A stretch of 64,000 bases of DNA from the NCBI GenBank assembly GCA_965208325.1, contig OZ242326.1:1760001-1824000 (forward strand), in the 5' to 3' direction. Numbering within the stretch: position 1 is the first letter of the stretch; every line of letters starts with the position of its first letter. Origin of the DNA: Candidatus Poribacteria bacterium. Its GTDB lineage: Bacteria > Poribacteria > WGA-4E > PCPOR2b. Below the pieces are notes generated by a model. It had not been told where the DNA came from, did no database searches, and saw nothing but the letters and a program-made list of their open reading frames with translations. The position numbers and the translations under genes are program-made. Shown piece after piece: positions 10,238 to 19,620 of this stretch.

Positions 10238-10357
10238 TCTTCATCCGTGAGAATAATTATTATCTTTTCGTGGAAACCACAATTGAATGTCGTATCGTAC
10301 ACGAATTTTGAAAAATCAGACGTTTCTGTTTTACCCATCTCTCCTCATTGCCGCACC

Positions 10358-11641
10358 TTATATTCGGGACAACACTTCATCCGCGGCGTGCACGGTGCAT
10401 TCAATGTCGCTTTGAGAGTGCGAGAGCGAAACAAAACCTGCTTCAAATTGAGAGGGTGCGATGTACACACCCCGTTCAAGCAGTCCCCAAAAATAGGTGC
10501 CAAATCGATTAATGTCCGATGTTTGCGCAGTCTCGTAATCGGTGACAGCATTATTCGTGAAATAAAACATCAACATCGAGCCGACTCGGTTGTGGCAAGC
10601 ATCAATGCCGTGCCGATCCGTCGCATCTCTTAGCCCTTCAGCGAGTGCTTGCGCGCGACCTTCGAGTTGTTCGTAAACACCGGGTTCAGCAAGTGTTTTC
10701 AGCGCGGCAATCCCGGCGGACATCGCCAGTGGATTGCCGGATAGCGTACCAGCCTGATAAACATCGCCGATAGGGGCTACGCTTTGCATGATATCTTTTT
10801 TACCGCCGTACGCGCCAACCGGCATCCCGCCGCCGATAATTTTGCCTAAACATGTCATATCGGGAATGACGCCGCAGCGGGATTGCGCCCCGCCGTACGC
10901 CACCCGAAATCCGGTGATGACTTCATCGAAAATTAGGAGAATGCCGTGTTCAGACGTAATCTCTCTAAGTTCAGCCAAATAGCCGTCATGCGGCGGAATC
11001 ACGCCCATATTTCCTGCAATCGGCTCGATGATTAAACAGGCAACTTGACTGTCGTTGGCTTCGATTGTTCGGCGCACTGCGTCGGCGTCATTAAAAGGAA
11101 CCACTCGCGTGTGACTCGTAAAATCCGTGGGGACACCCTCACAATCTGGAAGCCCAAACGTTGCAACACCGGAGCCGGCTTTGGCGAGTAGCGCATCAAC
11201 ATGCCCGTGATAACAGCCCGCAACTTTGATGACCTTGTCACGTCCTGTGTACCCGCGCGCCACACGGATTGCGCTCATTGCCGCCTCCGTGCCCGAATTT
11301 ACCATCCTAACCAATTCTATCGAAGGAACCGCATTCACGATGAGTTCGGCGAGTTCGGTTTCTAACGTCGTCGGCGCACCGAAACTCGTGCCGTTCGCCG
11401 TTGTGCCGTTGATTGCATCCACCACTCGCGGGTGTGCGTGTCCGAGGATTAAAGGCCCCCAGGACGCGACATAATCAATATACTCATTTCCATCAATGTC
11501 AACAATTTTCGATCCATTGCCGCTTTGAATAAAAAGGGGATTGCCGCCGACCGCGCGAAAGTTCCGCACCGGGCTATTGACGCCGCCGGGAATGAACTGT
11601 TGGGATTTTTGCCACGCTTCAAGGGACTTGGTGTTGTTCAA
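10358..11641 (-). CDS. hemL: Glutamate-1-semialdehyde 2,1-aminomutase
   Basis: PGGVNSPVR, VNSGTEA, FDEVITGFR, GKIIGGGMP, YQAGTLSGNP. Confidence 0.97.
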   Translation of the reverse strand: MNNTKSLEAWQKSQQFIPGGVNSPVRNFRAVGGNPLFIQSGNGSKIVDIDGNEYIDYVASWGPLILGHAHPRVVDAINGTTANGTSFGAPTTLETELAELIVNAVPSIELVRMVNSGTEAAMSAIRVARGYTGRDKVIKVAGCYHGHVDALLAKAGSGVATFGLPDCEGVPTDFTSHTRVVPFNDADAVRRTIEANDSQVACLIIEPIAGNMGVIPPHDGYLAELREITSEHGILLIFDEVITGFRVAYGGAQSRCGVIPDMTCLGKIIGGGMPVGAYGGKKDIMQSVAPIGDVYQAGTLSGNPLAMSAGIAALKTLAEPGVYEQLEGRAQALAEGLRDATDRHGIDACHNRVGSMLMFYFTNNAVTDYETAQTSDINRFGTYFWGLLERGVYIAPSQFEAGFVSLSHSQSDIECTVHAADEVLSRI

Positions 11642-11659
11642 CGGGTTCCTCCTCTGAGA

Positions 11660-12637
11660 TTATCCTTCAAGCCATTCGACAACCGACTTCGCAAAGTAAG
11701 TCAAAATTATGTCCGCGCCTGCACGTTTAATGCTTGTGAGCACCTCAAGTGCCACCTGCCGTTCATCAATCCAACCGTTCTGTGCGGCGGCTTTTATCAT
11801 CGCATATTCCCCGCTCACGTTATACGCCGCAATCGGCACCTGAAAACTCTCTTTCACCCGTGAAATTACGTCAAGATAGGAAAGTGCAGGTTTGACCATG
11901 ACAATGTCCGCGCCTTCCTCAAGATCCAAGCCCACCTCGCGCAGCGCTTCGTCAGAATTCGAAGGATCCATTTGATAAGAGCGGCGGTCGCCGAACTGAG
12001 GGGCGGATTCCGCAGCCTCACGGAAGGGTCCGTAAAAAGCCGAGGCGTATTTCGCGGCGTACGCCATTATTGGAATCTGTTCGTATCCATGTTCATCCAA
12101 CGCCTCCCGAATAGCGCCAATTCGCCCGTCCATCATATCCGAAGGCGCGATGACATCCGCTCCGGCACGGGCGTGGGACAGCGCTGCCTTGGCTAGCAGC
12201 GATAAAGTCGCATCATTCAGCACTTCTGCCTCATGGACAACGCCGCAATGTCCGTGATCCGTATATTCGCAGAGACAGACATCGGTCATTACGAGGAGAT
12301 CCGGTACGGCATCCTTGACCGCTCGAACTGCTTGCTGGATAATCCCATCCTCCGCATAAGCTTCCGAGCCGGATGCGTCCTTGTATTGTGGGATCCCGAA
12401 TAGGATGGTTCCCCGTATCCCAAGGTCCACCAAAGTTCTCGCCGCCCTGGCGAGCCGATCGACGGAGTATTGGAAACAGCCCGGCATTGATGGGATTTCA
12501 TGCGCGGCATCAACTCCATGAACAACAAACATCGGGTAGATTAAGTCATCCGTGCACAGTGCCGTTTCACGAACCAATCGCCGCAAGTTCTCGTTGGCGC
12601 GCAGCCGCCGTGGTCGGTAGATTGGAAATTGGCTCAT
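11660..12637 (-). CDS. hemB: Porphobilinogen synthase (ALA dehydratase)
   Basis: [14 protein letters not shown]n site, [33 protein letters not shown]. Confidence 0.98.
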   Translation of the reverse strand: MSQFPIYRPRRLRANENLRRLVRETALCTDDLIYPMFVVHGVDAAHEIPSMPGCFQYSVDRLARAARTLVDLGIRGTILFGIPQYKDASGSEAYAEDGIIQQAVRAVKDAVPDLLVMTDVCLCEYTDHGHCGVVHEAEVLNDATLSLLAKAALSHARAGADVIAPSDMMDGRIGAIREALDEHGYEQIPIMAYAAKYASAFYGPFREAAESAPQFGDRRSYQMDPSNSDEALREVGLDLEEGADIVMVKPALSYLDVISRVKESFQVPIAAYNVSGEYAMIKAAAQNGWIDERQVALEVLTSIKRAGADIILTYFAKSVVEWLEG

Positions 12638-12652
12638 CCTTTATTCCTCGAT

Positions 12653-12817
12653 TCAGGGATTTCGGTGTAATCCTACTTGCGCATCGCCACGCGCCTTTCC
12701 GAAGTAAATTGTCCGAATCTCATTCGAATCGTAAATTGCCAATTTAAAATCTCCCGGCTCTACTAACTGATACGGTATCCATGTTTCAGGATTGAATGGC
12801 TGTTTGATTCCTTTCAT
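12653..12817 (-). pseudogene. 54-aa stand-alone fragment of the C-terminal secretion/FlgD-Ig domain (remnant or micro-protein)
   Basis: Manual translation MKGIKQPFNPETWIPYQLVEPGDFKLAIYDSNEIRTIYFGKARG... shares PFNPETWIPY and the following IY...RT..G pattern with the C-terminus of 16724..19555. Confidence 0.65.
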
Positions 12818-12906
12818 TTGAGTGTAAGATTCCGTAAATTAGACCGTCCTTGAATCATCGACTCTCTGACGCACATTAACCAAAACACACACGCATTCAG
12901 AAAGCG

Positions 12907-13638
12907 TCAAACGACTGATTTCGAAGTAGTATCGCATTCATGCTGCAAAAAGTAAGAGAGCCGTTCCAGTTCAATTGAAAAATCGACGTTCCTCAATTTG
13001 ATGCGGCGAGGCGCTGACAGCCGAGCCGGGGCAAAATTAAGAATCGAGCGGACACCCGCTAAAACAAACACATCTAGTACATTCTGAGCCGCCTGCGGCG
13101 GAACAGCGATTATTCCAATCTCTATGTCTTCGCATTCGACAATCTGAGGCAGCCGATCAGGATTATGGATGACCACATTGTTGATGACCCGATCCCATTT
13201 TCGTGCATCGTTGTCAAACGCAGCGACTATTTCAAAATTGTGTTCACGCAGAACCCGGTAACCGAGCAAGGCACTGCCTAAATTCCCAACGCCGACAAGC
13301 GCAATCCTTCGGCGGACGTGAACGCCGAGAATCTCGTTGATTGACCGTCCGAGCGCGCAAACCTCATAACCGATTCCCCGCTTGCCAAACTGGCCGAAAT
13401 AGGCGAGATCCCTCCGAATCTGCGTTGCCGGAAAATTGATTCGTTCCGATAAATCACGTGACGAAACAACGATCGTTCCCTCTTCCTCTAGTGTTGCAAG
13501 GAGTCGAGAGTATAGAGATAGCCGATGAATTGTCCCTTCGGAGATGGTTTCAGACTGAAAAGAACTTGTGCGCGATTCTAGCATTAGACCAATCTTCAAG
13601 GCGAAAAAAGATTGGTACATTATAACTGATCTATACAT
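12907..13638 (-). CDS. rex: Redox-sensing transcriptional repressor Rex
   Basis: RLSLYSRLL, QIRRDLAYFGQFGKRGIGY, VGVGNLGSAL, ILNFAP; true start probably near 13584. Confidence 0.95.
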   Translation of the reverse strand: MYRSVIMYQSFFALKIGLMLESRTSSFQSETISEGTIHRLSLYSRLLATLEEEGTIVVSSRDLSERINFPATQIRRDLAYFGQFGKRGIGYEVCALGRSINEILGVHVRRRIALVGVGNLGSALLGYRVLREHNFEIVAAFDNDARKWDRVINNVVIHNPDRLPQIVECEDIEIGIIAVPPQAAQNVLDVFVLAGVRSILNFAPARLSAPRRIKLRNVDFSIELERLSYFLQHECDTTSKSVV

Positions 13639-13832
13639 CTAGCGCAAGAAAAAGCGGAAGTAAAACACGGAATCTCGTGGGTGGGTAAATCGGCGTGAAG
13701 AATGCCCACAGCATCAACCTGCAGGACATGAAGTGAGGATAATGAAGTGAATAAAAGGGAAAGGATAACGGGGGAGATTACAAGCTGTTTACCATGAACG
13801 AATGCGAATCCGAGCGTTTGTTAAGCCCACTG

Positions 13833-14435
13833 TTATTTGCCATTGGAAGCCAAAATCCAGAGTCGTTCGACCAAACTTGCCAGCGGCAGACCGACCACGT
13901 TGAAATAACAGCCTTCGATGCGTTCGACAAATGCTGCCGCCCGCCCTTGAACACCGTAAGCGCCCGCCTTATCCAACACTTCGCTGCTGCCGGCGTACGC
14001 CAGTATCTCGCGCCGGTGTAACTTCCTAAACTGAACCACAGTTTTTTCCCGCCACACGATTTCACGCTTTCGATCGAGATCCACCAGCGCAACGCCTGTC
14101 ATCACTTCATGGCGCACCCCGCTCAGTTGCATCAATATCTCAATCGCGTGTGCTTCGTGCTCGGGTTTGCCGATGACCTGCTGGTTGACGACAACAATGG
14201 TGTCCGCACCAATGACAAGCCCGTTTTGGAGGTTCGCCGCAACCGCTTTAGCCTTCGCCAAAGCCAGCTTCTGTGCACTATTGTCAGGTGACACGTGTGG
14301 GGTGTGCGATTCATCGACTCGGCTCGGACAGATTTGGAACTCGAAGCCAATCTGTCTCAGTAAGTTCGCACGGCGTGGAGACGCTGAAGCGAGCACGATT
14401 TCGGGAAAATGTTCGAGCAAGTCAGATTTAATCAT
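13833..14435 (-). CDS. maf: Maf family nucleoside triphosphate pyrophosphatase
   Basis: LASASPRR, IGADTIV, GKP, DKAGAYGVQG, NVVGLP. Confidence 0.95.
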   Translation of the reverse strand: MIKSDLLEHFPEIVLASASPRRANLLRQIGFEFQICPSRVDESHTPHVSPDNSAQKLALAKAKAVAANLQNGLVIGADTIVVVNQQVIGKPEHEAHAIEILMQLSGVRHEVMTGVALVDLDRKREIVWREKTVVQFRKLHRREILAYAGSSEVLDKAGAYGVQGRAAAFVERIEGCYFNVVGLPLASLVERLWILASNGK

Positions 14436-14444
14436 GGAAGACGT

Positions 14445-14732
14445 TCAGTTTAACCGATACCACCGACGTTTGCCTTCAGCTCTAACCTGCACTAGCTCGG
14501 CTTTCATGAGTTCCTCCAAGCCCTGATCGATTTCTTCTTTGGATAGACCAGCAAACCGCCGCACCCGGTGATGCAGCCGAGGTGCGCGAAACCACTCCTG
14601 TGCATTGGGCGGAACGTCTTTATCCCGAAAAACACCGAGTGCACTGTACAGGCAGAGCGCCGCTGAGGAAAGCTCTACCAACGGGTTAACAGTTGTGTTG
14701 TGGGGTTCGATTCCTGGCATAGCGGTCGTCAC
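14445..14732 (-). CDS. Small hypothetical protein with winged-helix-like C-terminus
   Basis: LSKEEIDQGLEELMKAELVQVRAEGKRRWYRLN resembles the ArsR recognition helix plus wing; GGAAGGAA upstream; co-oriented with maf. Confidence 0.55.
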   Translation of the reverse strand: MTTAMPGIEPHNTTVNPLVELSSAALCLYSALGVFRDKDVPPNAQEWFRAPRLHHRVRRFAGLSKEEIDQGLEELMKAELVQVRAEGKRRWYRLN

Positions 14733-14988
14733 TTCCTTCCGTTAATTGCGTTGACATCGCAATTGATATACGTTCAAACCCAACAAACAGTTTCGATAAA
14801 AAGCGTTAAAATCGGAATTGCCCTACTTGACTTGGACGCAAATGTACACGATTCAGTTGAATCCGCTAATTTATTGTGTTAAAATTCCGTTTTAACTTTA
14901 TATAATTGGACTTTTTTTGCGTGATTCGGGGCGGGTTGAAAATACCAATATATCCCTGCAATTCGGACAAGGAAGGAGGCAAACTGCA

Positions 14989-15333
14989 ATGGCAAGTTTA
15001 TCAAAGGAAACATGTGTCGCCTGCCGCCGTGACGCACCGCTAGTCACGGAAGCGGAGATCGCCGAACTTAAACCGCAAATTCCCCAATGGCTTTTAATCG
15101 AACGAGCGGGCATCAATCGGTTGGAACACACATTTCAATTTTCGAATTTCGCCCAAGCGTTGACATTTACAGGCAGGGTCGGTGAGTTGGCGGAGACAGA
15201 GGGGCATCACCCGGCAATCCTAACGGAGTGGGGCAGAGTCACAGTGACTTGGTGGACACACAAGATTAGAGGGCTGCATCGCAACGATTTCATCATGGCA
15301 GCAAAGACCGATCAGATTTATTCATCGTTATAA
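14989..15333 (+). CDS. phhB: Pterin-4-alpha-carbinolamine dehydratase
   Basis: CVAC N-terminus, [39 protein letters not shown] before ATG 14989. Confidence 0.93.
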   Translation: MASLSKETCVACRRDAPLVTEAEIAELKPQIPQWLLIERAGINRLEHTFQFSNFAQALTFTGRVGELAETEGHHPAILTEWGRVTVTWWTHKIRGLHRNDFIMAAKTDQIYSSL

Positions 15334-15350
15334 AATTAAGGCTCCGTATC

Positions 15351-15899
15351 ATGAGTATCTTCCGTGACCATTACATCGGCGGGATAGTCGCTTACGGCTG
15401 GTTTTTCGTTATTTCAGTCGGCGCATCGTTAACTAGTCATTATTTACTTCAATACCCAATAGATTGGAATCCAACTATCTCTCTGGACCCCTGGAAAATT
15501 GGGGGCTGCTTCACCATTGCTGTGCTGTCGGGGCTGTGGCCCGACGTAGATATCAAGAGCAAAAGCCAATCCATCTTCTATCGAATCTTTCTTGCATTCA
15601 ACCTGATTTTGATTTGGCGTGAACACTACATCGAATCGGCGTTTCTCGGACTCTTCGCAATGCTGCCGCTCATTGGGAAACATCGGGGCTGGACGCATTC
15701 CCGGCTGACTATGCTGCTACTGCCTGCAATTTTTCTGATTATTCCATTTTGTTTGGAGCATGAGATTTTCAATCCTATGCAACTCTTGTCCTCACTCAGC
15801 CTCGATCTGATTAAGGATGAACTGCCCTTCTACGCCGCTAGCGTCATCGGGTACGCAACCCACCTGCACCTTGATGGCATCCTTCTTCGTTTCCGCTAA
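15351..15899 (+). CDS. Membrane-bound metal-dependent hydrolase (YdjM-like)
   Basis: H near N-terminus, PDVD, HRGWTHS, GYATHLHLD, TM helices. Confidence 0.85.
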   Translation: MSIFRDHYIGGIVAYGWFFVISVGASLTSHYLLQYPIDWNPTISLDPWKIGGCFTIAVLSGLWPDVDIKSKSQSIFYRIFLAFNLILIWREHYIESAFLGLFAMLPLIGKHRGWTHSRLTMLLLPAIFLIIPFCLEHEIFNPMQLLSSLSLDLIKDELPFYAASVIGYATHLHLDGILLRFR

Positions 15900-15932
15900 G
15901 CGCAATGGCGTAGACGAAAAATCCCGCCATTT

Positions 15933-16331
15933 TCACCGTTGCTTGAGTTTCGCCCACATCATAAACCGCTTAACTCGCGGCTCCACCGTCCTTGGTCGCG
16001 GATGCGATTCCGCATCCCACGGTTTTGTTGGCGGGTCTGCGTGGAATTCCTCATCGTTCGTGAAGCCGTCTCCATCCGAGTCCTTCTGGGCAAGTACCTT
16101 CGTATACCGGTCGCCTGCGGGGAGGGCAAGTTCTCTGTAATCTTTGCCGAAGGCGTTCTGCGCCCCGCCTCCCGCCGGATTGACGTGACATGTCGCGCAA
16201 TTCCAATTTTTCCCTTTGTCCGGCAGCTTTTCTAAGCGGAACGCGCGGCTGCTCGAAACCGATACCCAAAGCCACAAAAGGAAGCATGTTGAACATATTA
16301 ATAGAATCAATAATGCTTTTATGGGTCTCAT
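15933..16331 (-). CDS. Small exported monoheme c-type cytochrome with Ca-binding-like DSDGDG loop
   Basis: Hydrophobic N-terminus, CATCH heme motif, DSDGDGFTNDEE, C-terminal VEPRVKRFMMWAKLK. Confidence 0.7.
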   Translation of the reverse strand: MRPIKALLILLICSTCFLLWLWVSVSSSRAFRLEKLPDKGKNWNCATCHVNPAGGGAQNAFGKDYRELALPAGDRYTKVLAQKDSDGDGFTNDEEFHADPPTKPWDAESHPRPRTVEPRVKRFMMWAKLKQR

Positions 16332-16723
16332 GTCTTCGTTCCTTATTTGCCATTTTTTCTGGCCATAGTAACTTATACAGCTTGTACCGGTAGTATACTA
16401 TATTCAAGGCTAGAATTGTCTCAAAAAGGTGCGCGATCGTACTCATCTGACGAGAGAACCGCTCGGTATGAATGACTACGAAGCACGTTCTGCCCTACTC
16501 TATGGTCAACCGGATTTGGTATGCCACCCTGTCAACGCCTATTAGACGGTATAATGCCAACTGGCACTTTGCATAGGCACACCGAATCTTGGGATAATTT
16601 TTCTCAATACGCTTCGCAATTATGCTACAATGTGATTTGTTGTGGGAGTGCGAGTCCATTCGGCAATTGATTCAATTGCTTATCGGATAAAAATTACGTT
16701 CAATAAAGGGATTACTACATTAT

Positions 16724-19555
16724 ATGGCAAATCGCGAGAAATGTTCTTATCAGAATTCACGTATCAATTTCAAAAAATCTGCGCTAATCTTTCTGATTTT
16801 CAGCATTTTGCAAGTGAATCAAATGAATCAAACCTACGCGGACATTGTCAAAATCCAGTCAGGTGATTCGGTAAGCCGCGACAATTTGGGGCACAGCGTA
16901 TCCATCAGTGGAGAATACGCCATCGTTGGCGCGCCGGGACAAGTTGGTGATTCCGGCACGGCACAAATTTTCTCTCTGAGCGAAAGAGGTTGGGCTCGGC
17001 AAGTGAAACTCACCGGCAGCGATCCAGCGCCCAGCGACAGATTCGGTTCGAGTGTCTCTTTGAGGGGGGATTACGCTATTGTTGGCGCGCCGGGAGACGC
17101 AACACTAGGACCAGACGCAGGCGCAGCGTACGTTTTCATTCGCAAACAGACCGGTTGGGCACTACAGGCAAAACTAATCCCGTCCGACGGAGAGCCGGAA
17201 GACCTATTTGGATTCTCAGTCGCAATGGATGGCGATACCGTTATCGTTGGATCTCACCGCAGCAACGTGCCCGGAGCGGATGCCGGCAGTGCCTATATCT
17301 TTGTGCGCCGCGGGTCTGATTGGATTCAACAGGCAAGACTAATCGCCAATGATGCGAATGAATTTGAGTGGTTCGGTTACGCTGTCGCCATCAGCGGAGA
17401 CACCGCCATCGTTGGAGCAATTAGATCCAATACAACAGGTAAAGATTCGGGGGCGGCGTATATCTTCGTGCGGAACGGCGACCTTTGGACGCAACAGGCG
17501 AAACTTGTCGGCGATAACACAGAACCGCGAGACAACTTTGGATTCTCTGTTGCTGTTAGCGGAGATATTGTTGTCATTGGTTCGCCCGGCAACACCTCTA
17601 CGGGATCCGCATATATTTTTGAGCGTGAAGGCACCGAATGGGTTCAGCGCAGGAACCGTGTTCGGCTTCGGATGTTTCCATACGATCCAAGAGGCAAGGG
17701 GTTGATCCAAAAGTCAGCGTCAGGCTTCGGTTACTCCGTTGCAATCACCGGAAAGAAAATCATTATCGGTTCGCAATCCACCAAGATAGGAACGGCGGCA
17801 GTGGGTACAGCGTACATCTTCGAGCCCGATGAAGGAACTTTTTGGAGACAATCAGAACAACTTGCCGCAAGCAACGGAAAAAGGGACGATAAATTTGGCG
17901 CCGCGGTTGACATCGGTGAAGACTATCTGATTGTCGGGGCGCCGTCGCACAGCGCCGGCGGGAGCGACTCCGGTGTGTCCTATATCTTTGCATCTCATGA
18001 GAACGGTTGGACGCAGCGCGGAATTCTTGTTGATGACGATACCGCAATAGATGACCGGTTTGGCGGAGCAGTATCTATCAGTGGTAACACTGCTATTGTT
18101 GGCGCACAAGAAAATGACGATGCCGGAAGCAACGCCGGCGCCGCTTATGTCTTCGAGCGTCAAGGCACAAATTGGGCGTTGCAAGCCAAGCTCTTTTCTA
18201 ACGAGGCAACATTGGGTGAACTGTTCGGATGCGCCGTCTCAATAAGCGGTGATGTCGCGCTCATTGGCGCGTGCGGCAATGATGACAATGGTCCTAGCGC
18301 CGGCTCCGCCTATGTCTTCATGCGTCACGGTATCGATTGGATTCAGGCGGCGAAACTCATAGGCGGCGACACAAGGATGTTTGACCATTTCGGCGCTTCT
18401 GTTGCGATCGACGGCACAACCGCCGTTATTGGGGCATTTGGCAACGACAATGCCGGAGAAAACTCCGGTGCGGCATACATCTTCACAAGCAACGGAAATA
18501 CCTGGACGCAACAAGCCAAACTCACGAGCGGCGACGCCATTACAGAGGACCTGTTCGGATTCTCTGTATCGGTTAGCGGTGATACTGCCATCGTCGGCGC
18601 CCATCAGAATGACGCCGCTGGCCCTAATTCTGGCGCCGCCTACGTCTTCGCGCGCAACGGCACGCGGTGGCCGCAACAAACAAAATTGCAACCCAAAGAT
18701 GCGGGAATCGGCGACGAATTTGGTTACGCGGTAGCTATCCACGAGAATTTACTCGTCGTGGGAGCGCGCAAGGACGATCACGCGGAAATCGACGCCGGAT
18801 CGGCGTATATCTTTATTCGAAACGAGGAAGGTTGGCAACAGGATGAGAAGATTGTCGCGGACGACGCCGGGTTAGCGGATGAATTCGGCGCAGCTGTCGC
18901 TATAAATGGAAATCGCGTTCTCGTTGGCGCGTGGAAGGACGATCACCCTTTACTCCGCGATACAGATGACCCAGCGGAGGAAATTGATAAAGGGTCGGTG
19001 TATCCCTTTTTGCGTAGCGGATTTTTCTGGACTCAGAAGGAGAGAATTAACGCGCTTAGTCCATTTCGCTATGAGCATTTTGGCGTGGCTGTCGCCATTA
19101 GCAGAAATTTTGCCATTGTTGGAGGGCCCGGCAACGATGAAGCCGGAAATGACGCAGGGGCGGCATATATCTTCAATCCCAGATCGCTCAATTTTATCCT
19201 GCCCAACGAGTCGTTCGCCGTGGAACCGTCTTCGAATAAGATAACATCGCTCGGACAAATCAAACGATCATCGCTCCTCCAGAATTACCCCAATCCGTTT
19301 AATCCCGAAACCTGGATTCCCTATCGGCTCTCAACGGCGGCAAATGTTGAAATTTTAATCTATGGTATTACCGGAAATCACGTCCGCACGCTTCAGTTAG
19401 GCAATAAAGCCAGAGGAGCGTATACTGTAAAGGATGAAGCCGCTTACTGGGACGGCCGAAATGATACGGGTGAGCGGGTTTCCAGCGGGATATATTTCTA
19501 TCGTCTGTCAGCAGGCGATTATGCTGCTACTCGGCGGATGGTGATTGTCGAATGA
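16724..19555 (+). CDS. Secreted FG-GAP repeat beta-propeller protein with T9SS-like/FlgD-Ig C-terminal domain
   Basis: 14 repeats of D-x-FG-x-[SA]V[AS]-[ILM]-x-G-x3-[IV]VGA...G-x-AY[IV]F; C-terminus QNYPNPFNPETWIPY...YWDGRNDTGERVSSGIYFYRL. Confidence 0.9.
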   Translation: MANREKCSYQNSRINFKKSALIFLIFSILQVNQMNQTYADIVKIQSGDSVSRDNLGHSVSISGEYAIVGAPGQVGDSGTAQIFSLSERGWARQVKLTGSDPAPSDRFGSSVSLRGDYAIVGAPGDATLGPDAGAAYVFIRKQTGWALQAKLIPSDGEPEDLFGFSVAMDGDTVIVGSHRSNVPGADAGSAYIFVRRGSDWIQQARLIANDANEFEWFGYAVAISGDTAIVGAIRSNTTGKDSGAAYIFVRNGDLWTQQAKLVGDNTEPRDNFGFSVAVSGDIVVIGSPGNTSTGSAYIFEREGTEWVQRRNRVRLRMFPYDPRGKGLIQKSASGFGYSVAITGKKIIIGSQSTKIGTAAVGTAYIFEPDEGTFWRQSEQLAASNGKRDDKFGAAVDIGEDYLIVGAPSHSAGGSDSGVSYIFASHENGWTQRGILVDDDTAIDDRFGGAVSISGNTAIVGAQENDDAGSNAGAAYVFERQGTNWALQAKLFSNEATLGELFGCAVSISGDVALIGACGNDDNGPSAGSAYVFMRHGIDWIQAAKLIGGDTRMFDHFGASVAIDGTTAVIGAFGNDNAGENSGAAYIFTSNGNTWTQQAKLTSGDAITEDLFGFSVSVSGDTAIVGAHQNDAAGPNSGAAYVFARNGTRWPQQTKLQPKDAGIGDEFGYAVAIHENLLVVGARKDDHAEIDAGSAYIFIRNEEGWQQDEKIVADDAGLADEFGAAVAINGNRVLVGAWKDDHPLLRDTDDPAEEIDKGSVYPFLRSGFFWTQKERINALSPFRYEHFGVAVAISRNFAIVGGPGNDEAGNDAGAAYIFNPRSLNFILPNESFAVEPSSNKITSLGQIKRSSLLQNYPNPFNPETWIPYRLSTAANVEILIYGITGNHVRTLQLGNKARGAYTVKDEAAYWDGRNDTGERVSSGIYFYRLSAGDYAATRRMVIVE

Positions 19556-19620
19556 ACGCAGCGGTCAACAATCACCATGGAAACCGAGCCGTGTGAAGTT
19601 GGCGCGGCGGCGGGCCTCAA

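Noticed and set aside
13639..13832. Rex operator upstream of rex
   Set aside because: No convincing TTGTGAA-n4-TTCACAA match by eye; only a weak half-site.
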